Positions 8,340 through 17,780 of a stretch of DNA of 32,000 bases are shown here, piece by piece. Below the pieces are notes generated by a model, which ran no database searches, was not told where the DNA came from, and saw nothing but the letters and a program-made list of their open reading frames with translations. Location of the stretch: positions 300,001 through 332,000 of the forward strand of contig JALDRA010000001.1 of assembly GCA_031316235.1 (NCBI GenBank). The letters run 5' to 3'. Each line of letters begins with the position of its first letter. Positions within the stretch are counted from its first letter, which is position 1. Position numbers and translations under genes: made by a program. The stretch is from Candidatus Scalindua sp. GTDB taxonomy: Bacteria > Planctomycetota > Brocadiia > Brocadiales > Scalinduaceae.

Positions 8340-9455
8340 TTACTTTTTACCATATAAATCCGCCAACCACCACAAAAATCTATGTGTTTTGTAAGATGAT
8401 ACATAATATTTGAGAAAGGTTTTTAACCATTCTTCCTGGTTACGAAAAGAACCAGTGCCAACTTCGTGCCTCACCGATTTCTCCTCATTCGAACGGGCAG
8501 CAACAGCGGGCATAAACCTCCGTCCGGAACTGAGATATTCTCTCATGAACCGTATCTTGTCGCCATTCGTTATGTACCCTGTGCACGACACATGAGAACG
8601 GTTTTTCTTAGAGCTGTTTCTCCTGAATTTTTCCCATGATCTGTCAAGCCGCATGAGATTCTTCATTCTGCTCCGGGGTTTCAACTCATTAAACTGTTTA
8701 GATTTGTCAAGATCTATGATATAGGCTACAGATTTGTCTCTCCCCGCTGTTTGTAAAAGAATATTCTTCAAGTTCAGGTCTGCATGATAAATCCCGGCGT
8801 CGTGCATCTCCTTTATGGCATGTGCGACTCTGGAAATAATATCTCTCTTCTGTGCATAAAAAGTATTCTTATCATATCTCAAAAGCAGTTCCATGAGATC
8901 AGTAGAATTTCTGATTTCCCTTGAAATGAGCTTACTCTTATAAAACGGACCCAGAAACCTGTTTTTTATAATGGCAATTATTTCTATCGTCTGTATTCCT
9001 TTTTTAGATGCACTCTCACAAATTACAAGCTCCTGAATTGGACGCAGTCCGTGCCAGAATACGTCTCTTAATATCTTTCCAAACAGGCCGCCGTGCCAGT
9101 AATCTCTCACCACAAAACTTCCGTTATTGAGACTTTTCAGAAAAATACTTCTGCAAGGTGTTCTTCCATGGTAAGATACGCCGGCTTCGGCTCTTCCGGC
9201 ATATTGATCGTGCAGGACTCCTTTTGATGTTGCCTCCGGCTGGATGCTTGAAGATCCGGCCTTGACGTCTCTATATAAATCAAACAAAATATCAAGGTCC
9301 TGTTCCGTTAACTGTACCTCGTATTTTTTGTGAATATATAACGATATCCTCCCTTTTTTTAAAATAGTAAAATAGTCAGGCAGCCTTACCTTACTCATAA
9401 CAGGTGCAATTATAACAGATTCATAGTGCGAAGTCAAAAATGAGACAAAATTCAA
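8340..9455 (-). CDS. lipopolysaccharide kinase (Kdo/WaaP) family protein
   Basis: 371 aa. Catalytic loop HADLNLKNILL followed by IIDLDKS. Divergent from a heptosyltransferase gene. Start may be M21 (MSKVRLP). Confidence 0.7.
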   Translation of the reverse strand: MNFVSFLTSHYESVIIAPVMSKVRLPDYFTILKKGRISLYIHKKYEVQLTEQDLDILFDLYRDVKAGSSSIQPEATSKGVLHDQYAGRAEAGVSYHGRTPCRSIFLKSLNNGSFVVRDYWHGGLFGKILRDVFWHGLRPIQELVICESASKKGIQTIEIIAIIKNRFLGPFYKSKLISREIRNSTDLMELLLRYDKNTFYAQKRDIISRVAHAIKEMHDAGIYHADLNLKNILLQTAGRDKSVAYIIDLDKSKQFNELKPRSRMKNLMRLDRSWEKFRRNSSKKNRSHVSCTGYITNGDKIRFMREYLSSGRRFMPAVAARSNEEKSVRHEVGTGSFRNQEEWLKTFLKYYVSSYKTHRFLWWLADLYGKK

Positions 9456-9498
9456 TTGAAAAACTCAATCATTATACGATAAAATGTTTTCATAGATT

Positions 9499-10608
9499 AT
9501 GGAACCTCACGTGAAAGCAAAACCTGGAAAAATTTTAATAGTCCGTCTCAGTGCACTGGGTGACGTGGTAGATGTTCTCCCGGCATTGCGATCACTTCGG
9601 TCTCATTTCCCCAATTCAGAAATTGCATGGTTAGTTGAAGACAGAGCATGCAACATCCTTTCCGGTCATCCGGATATCGATAAGATTATAGTATTTCCGC
9701 GAAAAAGATGGCAACGGAATATATTACATTTACATACGTTCTTTGAGACCGTAAGCGACATGGTATCATTTTATCGTAACCTTCGCAATGAGAGGTATGA
9801 TTTCGTGTTAGATTTTCATGGTAATCTTAAAAGTGGTATCATGACTATTTTAACGGGTGCAGAAAATAGAATTGGGTTCGGGAAAGGACATTGTAAAGAA
9901 TTTAACTATCTGTTCACAAAATACCATATCACTCCTCCCAGAAAAAGAATACATAGAATTGAAAGAAACCTTACCCTGCTCAGCAGTTTAAACATTGACA
10001 CGGGATTCTTGAAACCAGAACTTCCCATATCAATACAGTGCCATGAATATGTTTCTGCTTTTTTAGAGACAAAACAGGTCTCTTCGAAACCCATAATTTT
10101 AGTACACCCTTGTACGAGTGCGTATGGTGCTTACAAGCGGTGGTCTACGTCAAATTATGCCCTCTTGGCCGACATGATCTTAACTAACTTTGATGCTCAC
10201 GTAATTTTCACTTGGGGACCGAATGAACTTGACATCATCGACGAGATAGTAGGTAAAATGAAAAATACGGCAATCGTTGCCTGCGAGACAACGATAAAAC
10301 AGCTCGTTGAACTCATACGCCAGGCCGATCTCTTTATTGGCGGAGATACTGGACCATTGCATATAGCGTCTACTCTCTGCATACCGACGGTCGCAATTTT
10401 CGGCCCCAAGGATCCCGCAATTTATGGCCCTTACAACGGTAATTCCATAATCGTAAGCAAGGAATTACCCTGTAGTCCGTGCAGACAGAGGACATGTTCT
10501 GACACTAAATGCATAACGACAATCTTACCGGAAGAAGTTTTTGATTCGGTCTCGAAGTTGATGACCGGATCTGTTCTTAAAAAAGTAACGGTCAAAACAC
10601 ACATCTAA
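9499..10608 (+). CDS. glycosyltransferase family 9 (LPS heptosyltransferase-like)
   Basis: 369 aa. N-terminal ILIVRLSALGDVV and C-terminal LFIGGDTGPLHIA motifs typical of GT9. Confidence 0.85.
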   Translation: MEPHVKAKPGKILIVRLSALGDVVDVLPALRSLRSHFPNSEIAWLVEDRACNILSGHPDIDKIIVFPRKRWQRNILHLHTFFETVSDMVSFYRNLRNERYDFVLDFHGNLKSGIMTILTGAENRIGFGKGHCKEFNYLFTKYHITPPRKRIHRIERNLTLLSSLNIDTGFLKPELPISIQCHEYVSAFLETKQVSSKPIILVHPCTSAYGAYKRWSTSNYALLADMILTNFDAHVIFTWGPNELDIIDEIVGKMKNTAIVACETTIKQLVELIRQADLFIGGDTGPLHIASTLCIPTVAIFGPKDPAIYGPYNGNSIIVSKELPCSPCRQRTCSDTKCITTILPEEVFDSVSKLMTGSVLKKVTVKTHI

Positions 10609-10692
10609 GAAATTCTTATCTTTTGTAACGCCACACTTTCTAAATTTCCAACCTGAACTTTCACAACAGAAACAACTCAACCAATTTTCATG

Positions 10693-10800
10693 TATACCAA
10701 ATCCTGGTGAAGATATCCCCGGACAAAAGGCGCAGCCGAGGACTTTACCCGCTCAATTTTATCTCGGATTTTGTCCGAAATCCAGTATGAGATGAGTATA
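10693..10800 (-). repeat. MITE-like repeat family 1, long subfamily with the second hairpin module deleted
   Basis: Keeps the terminal tatac, lacks the ccggtaaaaccg hairpin module, and carries the same 30-nt insertion as the copy at 8182-8323. Confidence 0.8.
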
Positions 10801-10939
10801 ACCCGATATTTTTACCTCTTCACAACACTGCGGGTTCAGACCTGCTGATCTTGTATTTCAACATTCAATGAAAAATGAGAGTTTTGCAGCTTGAGCACAG
10901 AGAGAAGAGACCCGATAGACTGCTAAACAGAGGTGACTG

Positions 10940-11623
10940 CTAATTCGAACCTGATTCAAGACCTGTGAGTATCCGTATACCCACTTTTGCAACCCCACTC
11001 TCTATTAAGTCTAATTCTTCGGCCGCTCTGTGAGAGACATTCAGAATTCTGTCGGTTGAAGGATAAAAACGATCAATGATAATTACTTCCACACTTCTTT
11101 TATTTCTTAAGTTCGTTACTGCTATTTTCGTATCAAATGGCAGGGATGGATGAGCTGCTGTCATTTTGTTTCTATCGTACCTCACTCCACTTGCAGTCAT
11201 TACCCCTTGATATTCATCTGATATAAATGCGGCAAAGCCTGTTTCATCGTATCTATCAGGTTGTTTTTCACTCTTTTTTCTGCTATCTTCACTACCATTA
11301 AAGGTTTCTAAAGGCTGAGTTCCGCCAGTCCCTGGTTCATTCATATCAATTTCCCCGCGGTAAATCATCTCACTTTCAGCCTTCCCCTTGTCAGCTGCGT
11401 TTAAATAGTACTCTTTCCTGTCTGCCTCTTCCTTCGGAGCTTGCCCCCGGCTTCCGCCTCTCTTTTCAACTACTCTCCTTGCGGTTTCATCACTATTTAC
11501 CTCTCTAAAAGCTGCAACATTTGTGTCCGCTTCTCTTCCATGAGATCCCCTGGTGTTCATACTCCCGCAGCCAATTATACAGGCAATACTCACCAATAGT
11601 GAAAAGACTTTCTTGTGCCTCAT
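10940..11623 (-). CDS. rlpA: RlpA-like (septal ring lytic transglycosylase family) lipoprotein
   Basis: Lipobox ACIIGCGS follows M14 of the ORF, so I place the start at 11623. C-terminal double-psi beta-barrel segment GVMTASGVRYDRNKMTAAHPSLPFDTKIAVTNLRNKRSVEVIIIDR. Confidence 0.75.
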   Translation of the reverse strand: MRHKKVFSLLVSIACIIGCGSMNTRGSHGREADTNVAAFREVNSDETARRVVEKRGGSRGQAPKEEADRKEYYLNAADKGKAESEMIYRGEIDMNEPGTGGTQPLETFNGSEDSRKKSEKQPDRYDETGFAAFISDEYQGVMTASGVRYDRNKMTAAHPSLPFDTKIAVTNLRNKRSVEVIIIDRFYPSTDRILNVSHRAAEELDLIESGVAKVGIRILTGLESGSN

Positions 11624-11726
11624 GCTTCGATATTTGACCACATTCCCCCCCCCCTTTAACAATTCCAGGAATTAATGCATAGAATTTATTCGCCGTACCA
11701 GGAAGCAGGTCAGTCCGGTACTGATA

Positions 11727-11838
11727 TATACTAAAACCGATTTGGTTTTCGGTTTTACCGGAAACTAAATCTTGGTGAAGGTATACTCGCTCCGTTTTTT
11801 CTCGGATTTTATCCGAAAACCATTATGAGATGAGTACA
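11727..11838 (-). repeat. MITE-like repeat family 1, full length
   Basis: 112-bp copy, 104 bp upstream of the rlpA-like start. One terminus has diverged (gagtaca). Confidence 0.9.
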
Positions 11839-12039
11839 ATTAAATCAAACAATTACAATAAATGAACCATTATGTCAAGAAAGTTTACTAAAAAGATTTA
11901 TAAACAAACTAACAGCTCTTAATTGGATGCTTCGGAATTCTAAAATAGGGCAGGATCTCTGGAAATAGAGGTTACAGAATTTTCATACTTCGCTTGACGT
12001 AAGCCGTGAAATGTCGTGAAAAAAAGAGGCAGAGGCGGA

Positions 12040-12172
12040 AAAAGAGCATTATACCGATTGTGCTGTACGTCGAGTAAATCTAGCCCCCCCTCATTGAGAA
12101 ACGAGGGGGGACAAACCAACCCAGTGGGCGGGGAGGTACAGAGTAACCCAAAGGGTTGAATAATGCTCTTTT
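12040..12172. other. 133-nt multi-hairpin structured element (complex terminator or ncRNA candidate)
   Basis: Perfect 13-bp closing stem aaaagagcattat (12040-12052) / ataatgctctttt (12160-12172). It encloses an 8-bp G/C hairpin cccccctc-N10-gagggggg (12085-12110) and aaccc-aaa-gggtt (12145-12157). Flanks are T-rich on both strands. Confidence 0.4.
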
Positions 12173-12257
12173 CTTCTTCGTAAATAATGGTTACTCTTTG
12201 AAGTAATAACCTTAATATCGACACTTTCCCAATTGTCTTTACGAAAAAAATTTTTCT

Positions 12258-14006
12258 TTATAACTGTTTATCCTGTTCCAGTAATTTTTCAAATTCATCG
12301 GCAGTAACCGGCTCACTGAACAGAAAGCCCTGTATCTCATCGCAATCCTGCTGTTTGAGAAAGTTTAACTGCTCTTGTGTTTCAACTCCTTCTGCAACAA
12401 TCTTAAGGTTCAGGTTTTTCGCCATGGCGATAAATGCCATGATGATTACTGAATCGTTGACGTCGAAGATTACTTCATTCACAAAAGAACGGTCAATCTT
12501 GAGTGTACTAAGCGGGAATTTTTTAAGATAGCTTAAGGAACACAATCCAGTACCCAAGTCGTCAATACTTATATGAACTCCGACATCAACCAATTCCCTC
12601 ATTTTGTAGGAGGAGGCATCCGCATTCTTCATGGACGTGTTTTCAGTAACTTCCAGTTCCAGCAGATTTGGTTCCATGCCTGTCTCATTTAATGCCTGCA
12701 CAACCATTTCAATAAGGTTTTGCTGGTTGAACTGCAGCGTGGAAAGGTTAACAGCCACACGCAGAGGAGTAAATCCTGCATCCCTCCATACCTTGTTTTG
12801 TGCACAAGCTGCCTTGAGGATCATTTCCCCCAGAGGCACTATCATTCTCGTTCGCTCTGCAGTATTCAAAAATTCTGCGGGATAGATTATACCTTTATCG
12901 GGGTGTCTCCATCTTGCAAGAGCTTCCATTCCAACAATCCTGCCACTCTTAATGTCCATCTGTGGTTGATAATAGACCATGAATTCTTTCCGCTTTAAGG
13001 CCTGGCGTAAATCGTTAACCATTGCCATCCTCGCATAAGCATTCGTCTGCAAGGGCGGTTTGTAAAACTGAAAGTTGTCTCTGCCCTGATCCCTGGCATG
13101 ATACATCGCGATATCGGCACTCTTTAACAAGGTATCAGCATCTTTACTGTCAACGGGATAAAGGGCTATCCCTATGCTGGTAGTAATATGCAGTTCGTGA
13201 GACTCCAGCGTTATTGGATGCCTCACGGTTTCGTTGATCTTGTTGGCCATTTCAGCGGCATCTTCTGCGTGAGTAATTCCCGGCAGTAACAACGTAAATT
13301 CGTCATCTCCATGACGTGTTACGGTATCATTCTTCCGCACAGTGTTTACAAATCTTTTTGCAACCTCTATCAGCAGCTTGTTTCCTATACAATTTCCAAG
13401 GGTATCATTTATTTTTTCAAATCCATCAAGGTCGAGAAACATAACCGCAATTATGGTATTATCACGCTGTGCATGAGCAATTTCCAGCGTAAGGCGATCC
13501 TTAAAAAGAAACCGGTTTGGCAAACCTGTCAAGGAATCATAGTACGTCAATTTTGTGTCTTCCCCCTCACCCTTTTTATGTTTGCAGATATAACGCCACT
13601 CGCGCAGCGCCCTTTCACATATGTACGGCATGTTTACTAAAGTCGCTTCAGATTTTAAGAGAGAATCCAAAGCCCCCAACTTTACAATTTTCTCCGTCAG
13701 CTGTTCATCGTCATAATTAGTTAAAACCAATACAGGTATTCCCTCCTTGGCATTACCTGCTCCAGAAAGTGTGGTATCTTTTCCATCCAACAGATCATAA
13801 TCGATAACCACCAGATCAGGAGAATACTTTGTCAGGCAGGTACGAGCCTCAATGAGATTGTGAACAGTTGTCTGTTTCATCTGCGGAAACCGGTTTTCAA
13901 AGGCCTGCTCCAGCAATTCAATAGGTAAGGCATCATTTACAACAAGTAAAATATGAATAGAATTCATTTTCATGGCAAAAAGAATAGTACTCCCGCACCT
14001 GTTCAA
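12258..14006 (-). CDS. response-regulator receiver + degenerate GGDEF + EAL domain protein (c-di-GMP phosphodiesterase-like)
   Basis: REC (ILLVVND...DLVVIDYDL...VLVLTN...KLGALDSLLK). GGDEF domain reads GDDEF and is preceded by RKND (RxxD I-site) at the canonical spacing. EAL domain has EALARW, DDLGTG, KIDRSF, EGVETQEQ. The likely start is M12 or M14 (13973 or 13967) rather than the ORF start. Confidence 0.9.
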   Translation of the reverse strand: MNRCGSTILFAMKMNSIHILLVVNDALPIELLEQAFENRFPQMKQTTVHNLIEARTCLTKYSPDLVVIDYDLLDGKDTTLSGAGNAKEGIPVLVLTNYDDEQLTEKIVKLGALDSLLKSEATLVNMPYICERALREWRYICKHKKGEGEDTKLTYYDSLTGLPNRFLFKDRLTLEIAHAQRDNTIIAVMFLDLDGFEKINDTLGNCIGNKLLIEVAKRFVNTVRKNDTVTRHGDDEFTLLLPGITHAEDAAEMANKINETVRHPITLESHELHITTSIGIALYPVDSKDADTLLKSADIAMYHARDQGRDNFQFYKPPLQTNAYARMAMVNDLRQALKRKEFMVYYQPQMDIKSGRIVGMEALARWRHPDKGIIYPAEFLNTAERTRMIVPLGEMILKAACAQNKVWRDAGFTPLRVAVNLSTLQFNQQNLIEMVVQALNETGMEPNLLELEVTENTSMKNADASSYKMRELVDVGVHISIDDLGTGLCSLSYLKKFPLSTLKIDRSFVNEVIFDVNDSVIIMAFIAMAKNLNLKIVAEGVETQEQLNFLKQQDCDEIQGFLFSEPVTADEFEKLLEQDKQL

Positions 14007-14044
14007 TGCTCCCCATGTCGAAGAGTTCGGGTACTTTCAGGACT

Positions 14045-14116
14045 GACAAAGGGCAAAAAGAAAGCCTTACTACCAAATATGCACCGGCACGTCATATTCG
14101 GTAGTAAGGCTTTCTT
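14045..14116 (-). terminator. intrinsic terminator candidate on the minus strand
   Basis: 24-bp stem, 14058-14081 paired with 14093-14116. The single non-Watson-Crick position is G-U on the minus-strand RNA but A-C on the plus strand. On the minus strand it is followed by TTTTTGCCCTTTG. Confidence 0.55.
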
Positions 14117-14732
14117 CAGATAAACATCACTGTAATCTGTTTAAGATCCGTTACTTTGCGTCCCTGGATTACTCCAGGTTTGCCATTTTCGAAAATGTGC
14201 TATAAAAACACCTTACTCATGTGGATAATTTTTTGAACGCATGACCTTTGAGACATCGAAATTACGCAAAATATTTATTTGACTATACTATAACTCTATC
14301 AGCTTGTCAATACGACAAAAATACGCCTGTTAAGCAGAATATTCAGCCTGGAGAGTGAGATCATGGATTTTACTGATCAGGTTTGGTTAAGTTACAGATT
14401 TTCATAGTATGCTATTTTTTAAAACTTGTTTCTTTCACTGGTAATGAAAATACATGCCATTGAGACACACATACATTCACTGTCAGAGACGCAGGTTTCA
14501 GAAAAAAGTCATTCTCACAATCCAGCTTTTGATTTTCTTCATTCCCGTAAAGTACACATGCCCTGTAAACGTTGTAAAATTACCTTGTTACAGGCAAAAT
14601 GATTTGATTACTTTCTACTATGGTATTGAAAACATAGAACTTGACACCATGGTTACATTTGTTACCATAATGAGGTCTGTTGCGTTGACTCAATTACATA
14701 ACGAGAGATACTGGTGATCTGTAACGAGACAT

Positions 14733-14760
14733 TTGACAATTTCAACGAGCCATAGATTAT
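14733..14760 (+). promoter_or_regulatory. candidate sigma70-like promoter of the three-gene operon
   Basis: TTGACA (14733-14738), a 16-nt spacer, then GATTAT (14755-14760), about 65 nt upstream of the ATG at 14827. Confidence 0.3.
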
Positions 14761-14826
14761 GGTTTTCCCCTGATTTCTTTCCCCGTGTCTCCTCACTATA
14801 AACACTTTTGGCACTAAGGACCCGTA

Positions 14827-15681
14827 ATGAACGAGCAATTAAACAATTGCAAAAGGATTGAACTACTCTTATCTGAAGCAAAATCTCCATTAACACTGCA
14901 GGAGATCTGCAGAAAAGTATTCCAATTGAAAAGTAACCTTGAACACTGCACACAAACCATACAGATTCTTCTGGACGCAGAAAAGATTTTCCATTATCCT
15001 TCTCTTCGGAAAAATTCAAAAGAAAGATACTGGCATATCTCACCCCAGCAATTTGTAAAAAATAAAATTTACCGATTGTTCGAAAAAAATTGTAAGGACC
15101 GTACATTCAAAAGCGTCAAAGGTATATTGCATAAATGGGAACTTGAATATTTTGATGAAGCCCTTGGTCTCTTATTCAGAGAAAGAAACGTTTTTGAGAT
15201 AAAATATGGCCGGACACGGTACTTAAAGGGGATACAAAAATTAACCACTGAATTGTCAGAATGGTTTAATCCCGTTCGAAACATAAAACTGACTCCTGCA
15301 CAGTGGGAAGCTTTTCTTAAAGGAGAAAAGCTTCCAGAGATGCAAACAGCACCGAAAAAATCAAAGGCTTCTTTACCGGAAGAACTGATCAGAGAATGGT
15401 ACCAGGAGGACCGGCACAAAAGATACGGACTAGAGACCATTCCAATAACGTGGACTGGTAACCGTTACCTCTCCTGGTGTGAAGAAAACGGACATGAAGC
15501 AGACATACAAGTATTTAACAACCGCCTGAAACTACTTTCCCAGGAGGGTAAGGTTGAATTGACGCATCATTCCATGCCTGATCAGATACCGGAAAGTGAA
15601 AGAAAAGACCTTTTTGAAATCCGTCATGGTACTATTGCATATTACTGGAGATATGTCATGGAGACTGAACAATGTCGATAG
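14827..15681 (+). CDS. hypothetical protein with predicted winged-helix (wHTH)-like segments; gene 1 of the candidate system
   Basis: 284 aa. N-terminal RIELLLSEAKSPLTLQEICRKV... looks HTH-like, with further wHTH-like stretches (FDEALGLLFRERNVFEIKYGRTRYL; NRLKLLSQEGKVELT). The stop overlaps the next start by 10 nt. Confidence 0.6.
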   Translation: MNEQLNNCKRIELLLSEAKSPLTLQEICRKVFQLKSNLEHCTQTIQILLDAEKIFHYPSLRKNSKERYWHISPQQFVKNKIYRLFEKNCKDRTFKSVKGILHKWELEYFDEALGLLFRERNVFEIKYGRTRYLKGIQKLTTELSEWFNPVRNIKLTPAQWEAFLKGEKLPEMQTAPKKSKASLPEELIREWYQEDRHKRYGLETIPITWTGNRYLSWCEENGHEADIQVFNNRLKLLSQEGKVELTHHSMPDQIPESERKDLFEIRHGTIAYYWRYVMETEQCR

Positions 15682-17780
15682 AAAAATACCTACACCTCAA
15701 CCCATTTATTAAATCATATATTAATGAAGTTGACATCTGGGGTAATGACGATGATTTCCAGACGGTAAATTCAATTAATAAAGAAGTTTTAGATGTCCTT
15801 TGTAAAGACATAGAAGAAGTGAGAAATCAACTGCATACAAGGGTGAGATTTCTTGTTGGAAGTTCCGGTTCAGGCAAATCACATATAATCTCATGTCTCA
15901 GGCGGTATCATAGTCAGCATGCATATTTTACTTATGTTTCAAACCCCCCTCTTCAGCATTGGGAGATCAGCAGGCATATGCTTCAGAAAATCATATGGGC
16001 GCTGGGACAACCTGTAAGAGAAAATGACAGGGTGCTGGAGTATTCCCAAATGCGTCAAATCGTGTATGGGCTTTTGATGAAAACAAAGAAGTTTGCAAGG
16101 AAATCATTCGATAAGGTACATAAAAAATGGACGAAGATTAAGAAGAAACATTATCCGAAATTTTTTAATGAATTAATGAAGGTTGCCGGTCAAGGCAGTG
16201 ATCTTAAATTAACAAACCAGATTACCAAAGTCTTACTGAGCGTACTCGATCACGAAAAAGAGAACCTCGCCCTTGAATGGTTGTCAGGTTCAAGCTCTAT
16301 GAGCAACAAAGATCTTGAAATAATTGATGCCGGTGAACCAATGAGTAATTCTGAAATAAAACTTCTTCTCACAGCGCTGGGACACCTCACAAAAGATATC
16401 GGTCCGATCCTGATAGTCTTAGATCAGCTTGACAGAATGAAAAATGAACATATAGAGATATTTGAGACAATCCTCTTTGATCTGTTCGATAGTACGAATT
16501 TTTATGTCGTAATCAGCTTACTTGAAGATGTGTTTGATACATGGTCAAGGCATCTCACCGTACCATTAAAGCAGCGGATTGGCACACCGTCTTCGGAGGG
16601 TTCACTAACATTGCCAATTGTCCACGTACGGGCAATCCATAACCGGAGAAACAAAAGAGCGCTTATCTTCCAGCGCCTCTCCTCTGAAGAGCTCATTGAG
16701 ATGCGCCAAAAAGATAAGATAGAAGATCCCCTCTTCCCCTTTAATGAAGAAATTTTAGAAAACGTACTGGGAGAGGATCCTCTTTTCCCGAGAATCTTAT
16801 TAAACGAATCCCAATTCCAGTATCGAAGTATCATTACCGGTGCCAAACCTGAAAAGGAAGAGCTCTCTGCAACGATAGCGGAAAATTTTGCAGAAATCAG
16901 AGAATCAATCAATACAGAAGAGCTCATCACGAATACAACGTTTATTGCCGACAGAATTTCCGAACTATTTGAAATAATTTTAAAACGAGATGGTGAAACA
17001 ACGGTCACATACGAGGATGGTCCCTTCGTAACTGATGCTATTGTGAATAATTTTATCGGTTCAGACAGGGTATTCTCCCTCGGTGATACCAGGATCCGTG
17101 TGATTGGATATGATGTCCAGCAAGGAAGCAAATTCCCGAGTGTTCTCAGGAAAATAGTAGATGCCCCCCCCAATACAATCTTATTTAGAGACGCCAAAAT
17201 ACCAACAACCGGGAAAGTTACTCAGGATCTTCTGGAGAAATTCCAAAAGGACAAAACCTTTATCCTGTTAGACAATAAGGACATTCGCGATCTTTATGCC
17301 CTGGGTAGATTGCTGGCAAAGATGCGGCAGGGTGATTTTCATGACTGTAAAACCGATCCGGATCCTACATCTTCAAATATCATGGATTGCCTTTCAAAAA
17401 TGTCAATCCTGACAGATAAAGAGATTGTACATGAATTCAAGCGAATGGCAGAAAACAGGACGAAAAGTAATAAGAATGATATCATGTCTCCAAGCAAACC
17501 GTATCCCGAACAGGATTGGCCTGCTGAAGAAGCCGCAGAAGTGGCAAATACACTTGCACATAACATTAAGACAATAATGAGCAGAGAGAGATGGATCTGC
17601 TTTGAACGCCTGCTCTATCTCATGTATCAAAGCGGCGTAAATGATATTGATCAGGGCAAACTTATCAGCTGGCTGCACTCAGAAGAGTTGAGAGAACTTT
17701 TAGAAATTTACCCAACTGATCCCGAGTTCCCGAAACAGAAAAAAATCATTGTCTGGAAAGAAGAGAGTCTGAATGCTTAA
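15672..17780 (+). CDS. P-loop NTPase (STAND/AAA_16/ORC-like), gene 2 of the candidate system
   Basis: 702 aa. Walker A VGSSGSGKSH (K69), Walker B-like ILIVLDQLD, and a long helical C-terminal region. GGAG lies 9 nt upstream of the ATG. The stop overlaps the next start by 8 nt. Confidence 0.7.
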   Translation: MSIEKYLHLNPFIKSYINEVDIWGNDDDFQTVNSINKEVLDVLCKDIEEVRNQLHTRVRFLVGSSGSGKSHIISCLRRYHSQHAYFTYVSNPPLQHWEISRHMLQKIIWALGQPVRENDRVLEYSQMRQIVYGLLMKTKKFARKSFDKVHKKWTKIKKKHYPKFFNELMKVAGQGSDLKLTNQITKVLLSVLDHEKENLALEWLSGSSSMSNKDLEIIDAGEPMSNSEIKLLLTALGHLTKDIGPILIVLDQLDRMKNEHIEIFETILFDLFDSTNFYVVISLLEDVFDTWSRHLTVPLKQRIGTPSSEGSLTLPIVHVRAIHNRRNKRALIFQRLSSEELIEMRQKDKIEDPLFPFNEEILENVLGEDPLFPRILLNESQFQYRSIITGAKPEKEELSATIAENFAEIRESINTEELITNTTFIADRISELFEIILKRDGETTVTYEDGPFVTDAIVNNFIGSDRVFSLGDTRIRVIGYDVQQGSKFPSVLRKIVDAPPNTILFRDAKIPTTGKVTQDLLEKFQKDKTFILLDNKDIRDLYALGRLLAKMRQGDFHDCKTDPDPTSSNIMDCLSKMSILTDKEIVHEFKRMAENRTKSNKNDIMSPSKPYPEQDWPAEEAAEVANTLAHNIKTIMSRERWICFERLLYLMYQSGVNDIDQGKLISWLHSEELRELLEIYPTDPEFPKQKKIIVWKEESLNA

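Noticed and set aside
11940-12224. 94-aa minus-strand ORF downstream of the GGDEF-EAL gene
   Set aside because: It spans the multi-hairpin structure (a poly-G/C stem translated as PPSF/EGG), has no RBS or motifs, and has atypical composition. The region is better explained as structured non-coding RNA or a terminator.
14454-15106. 87-aa plus-strand ORF (14454-14717) and 138-aa minus-strand ORF (14690-15106) in or near the non-coding gap
   Set aside because: The first is Cys/Arg/Ile-rich with no RBS. The second is antisense to the start of gene 1 of the three-gene operon. Neither has motifs.
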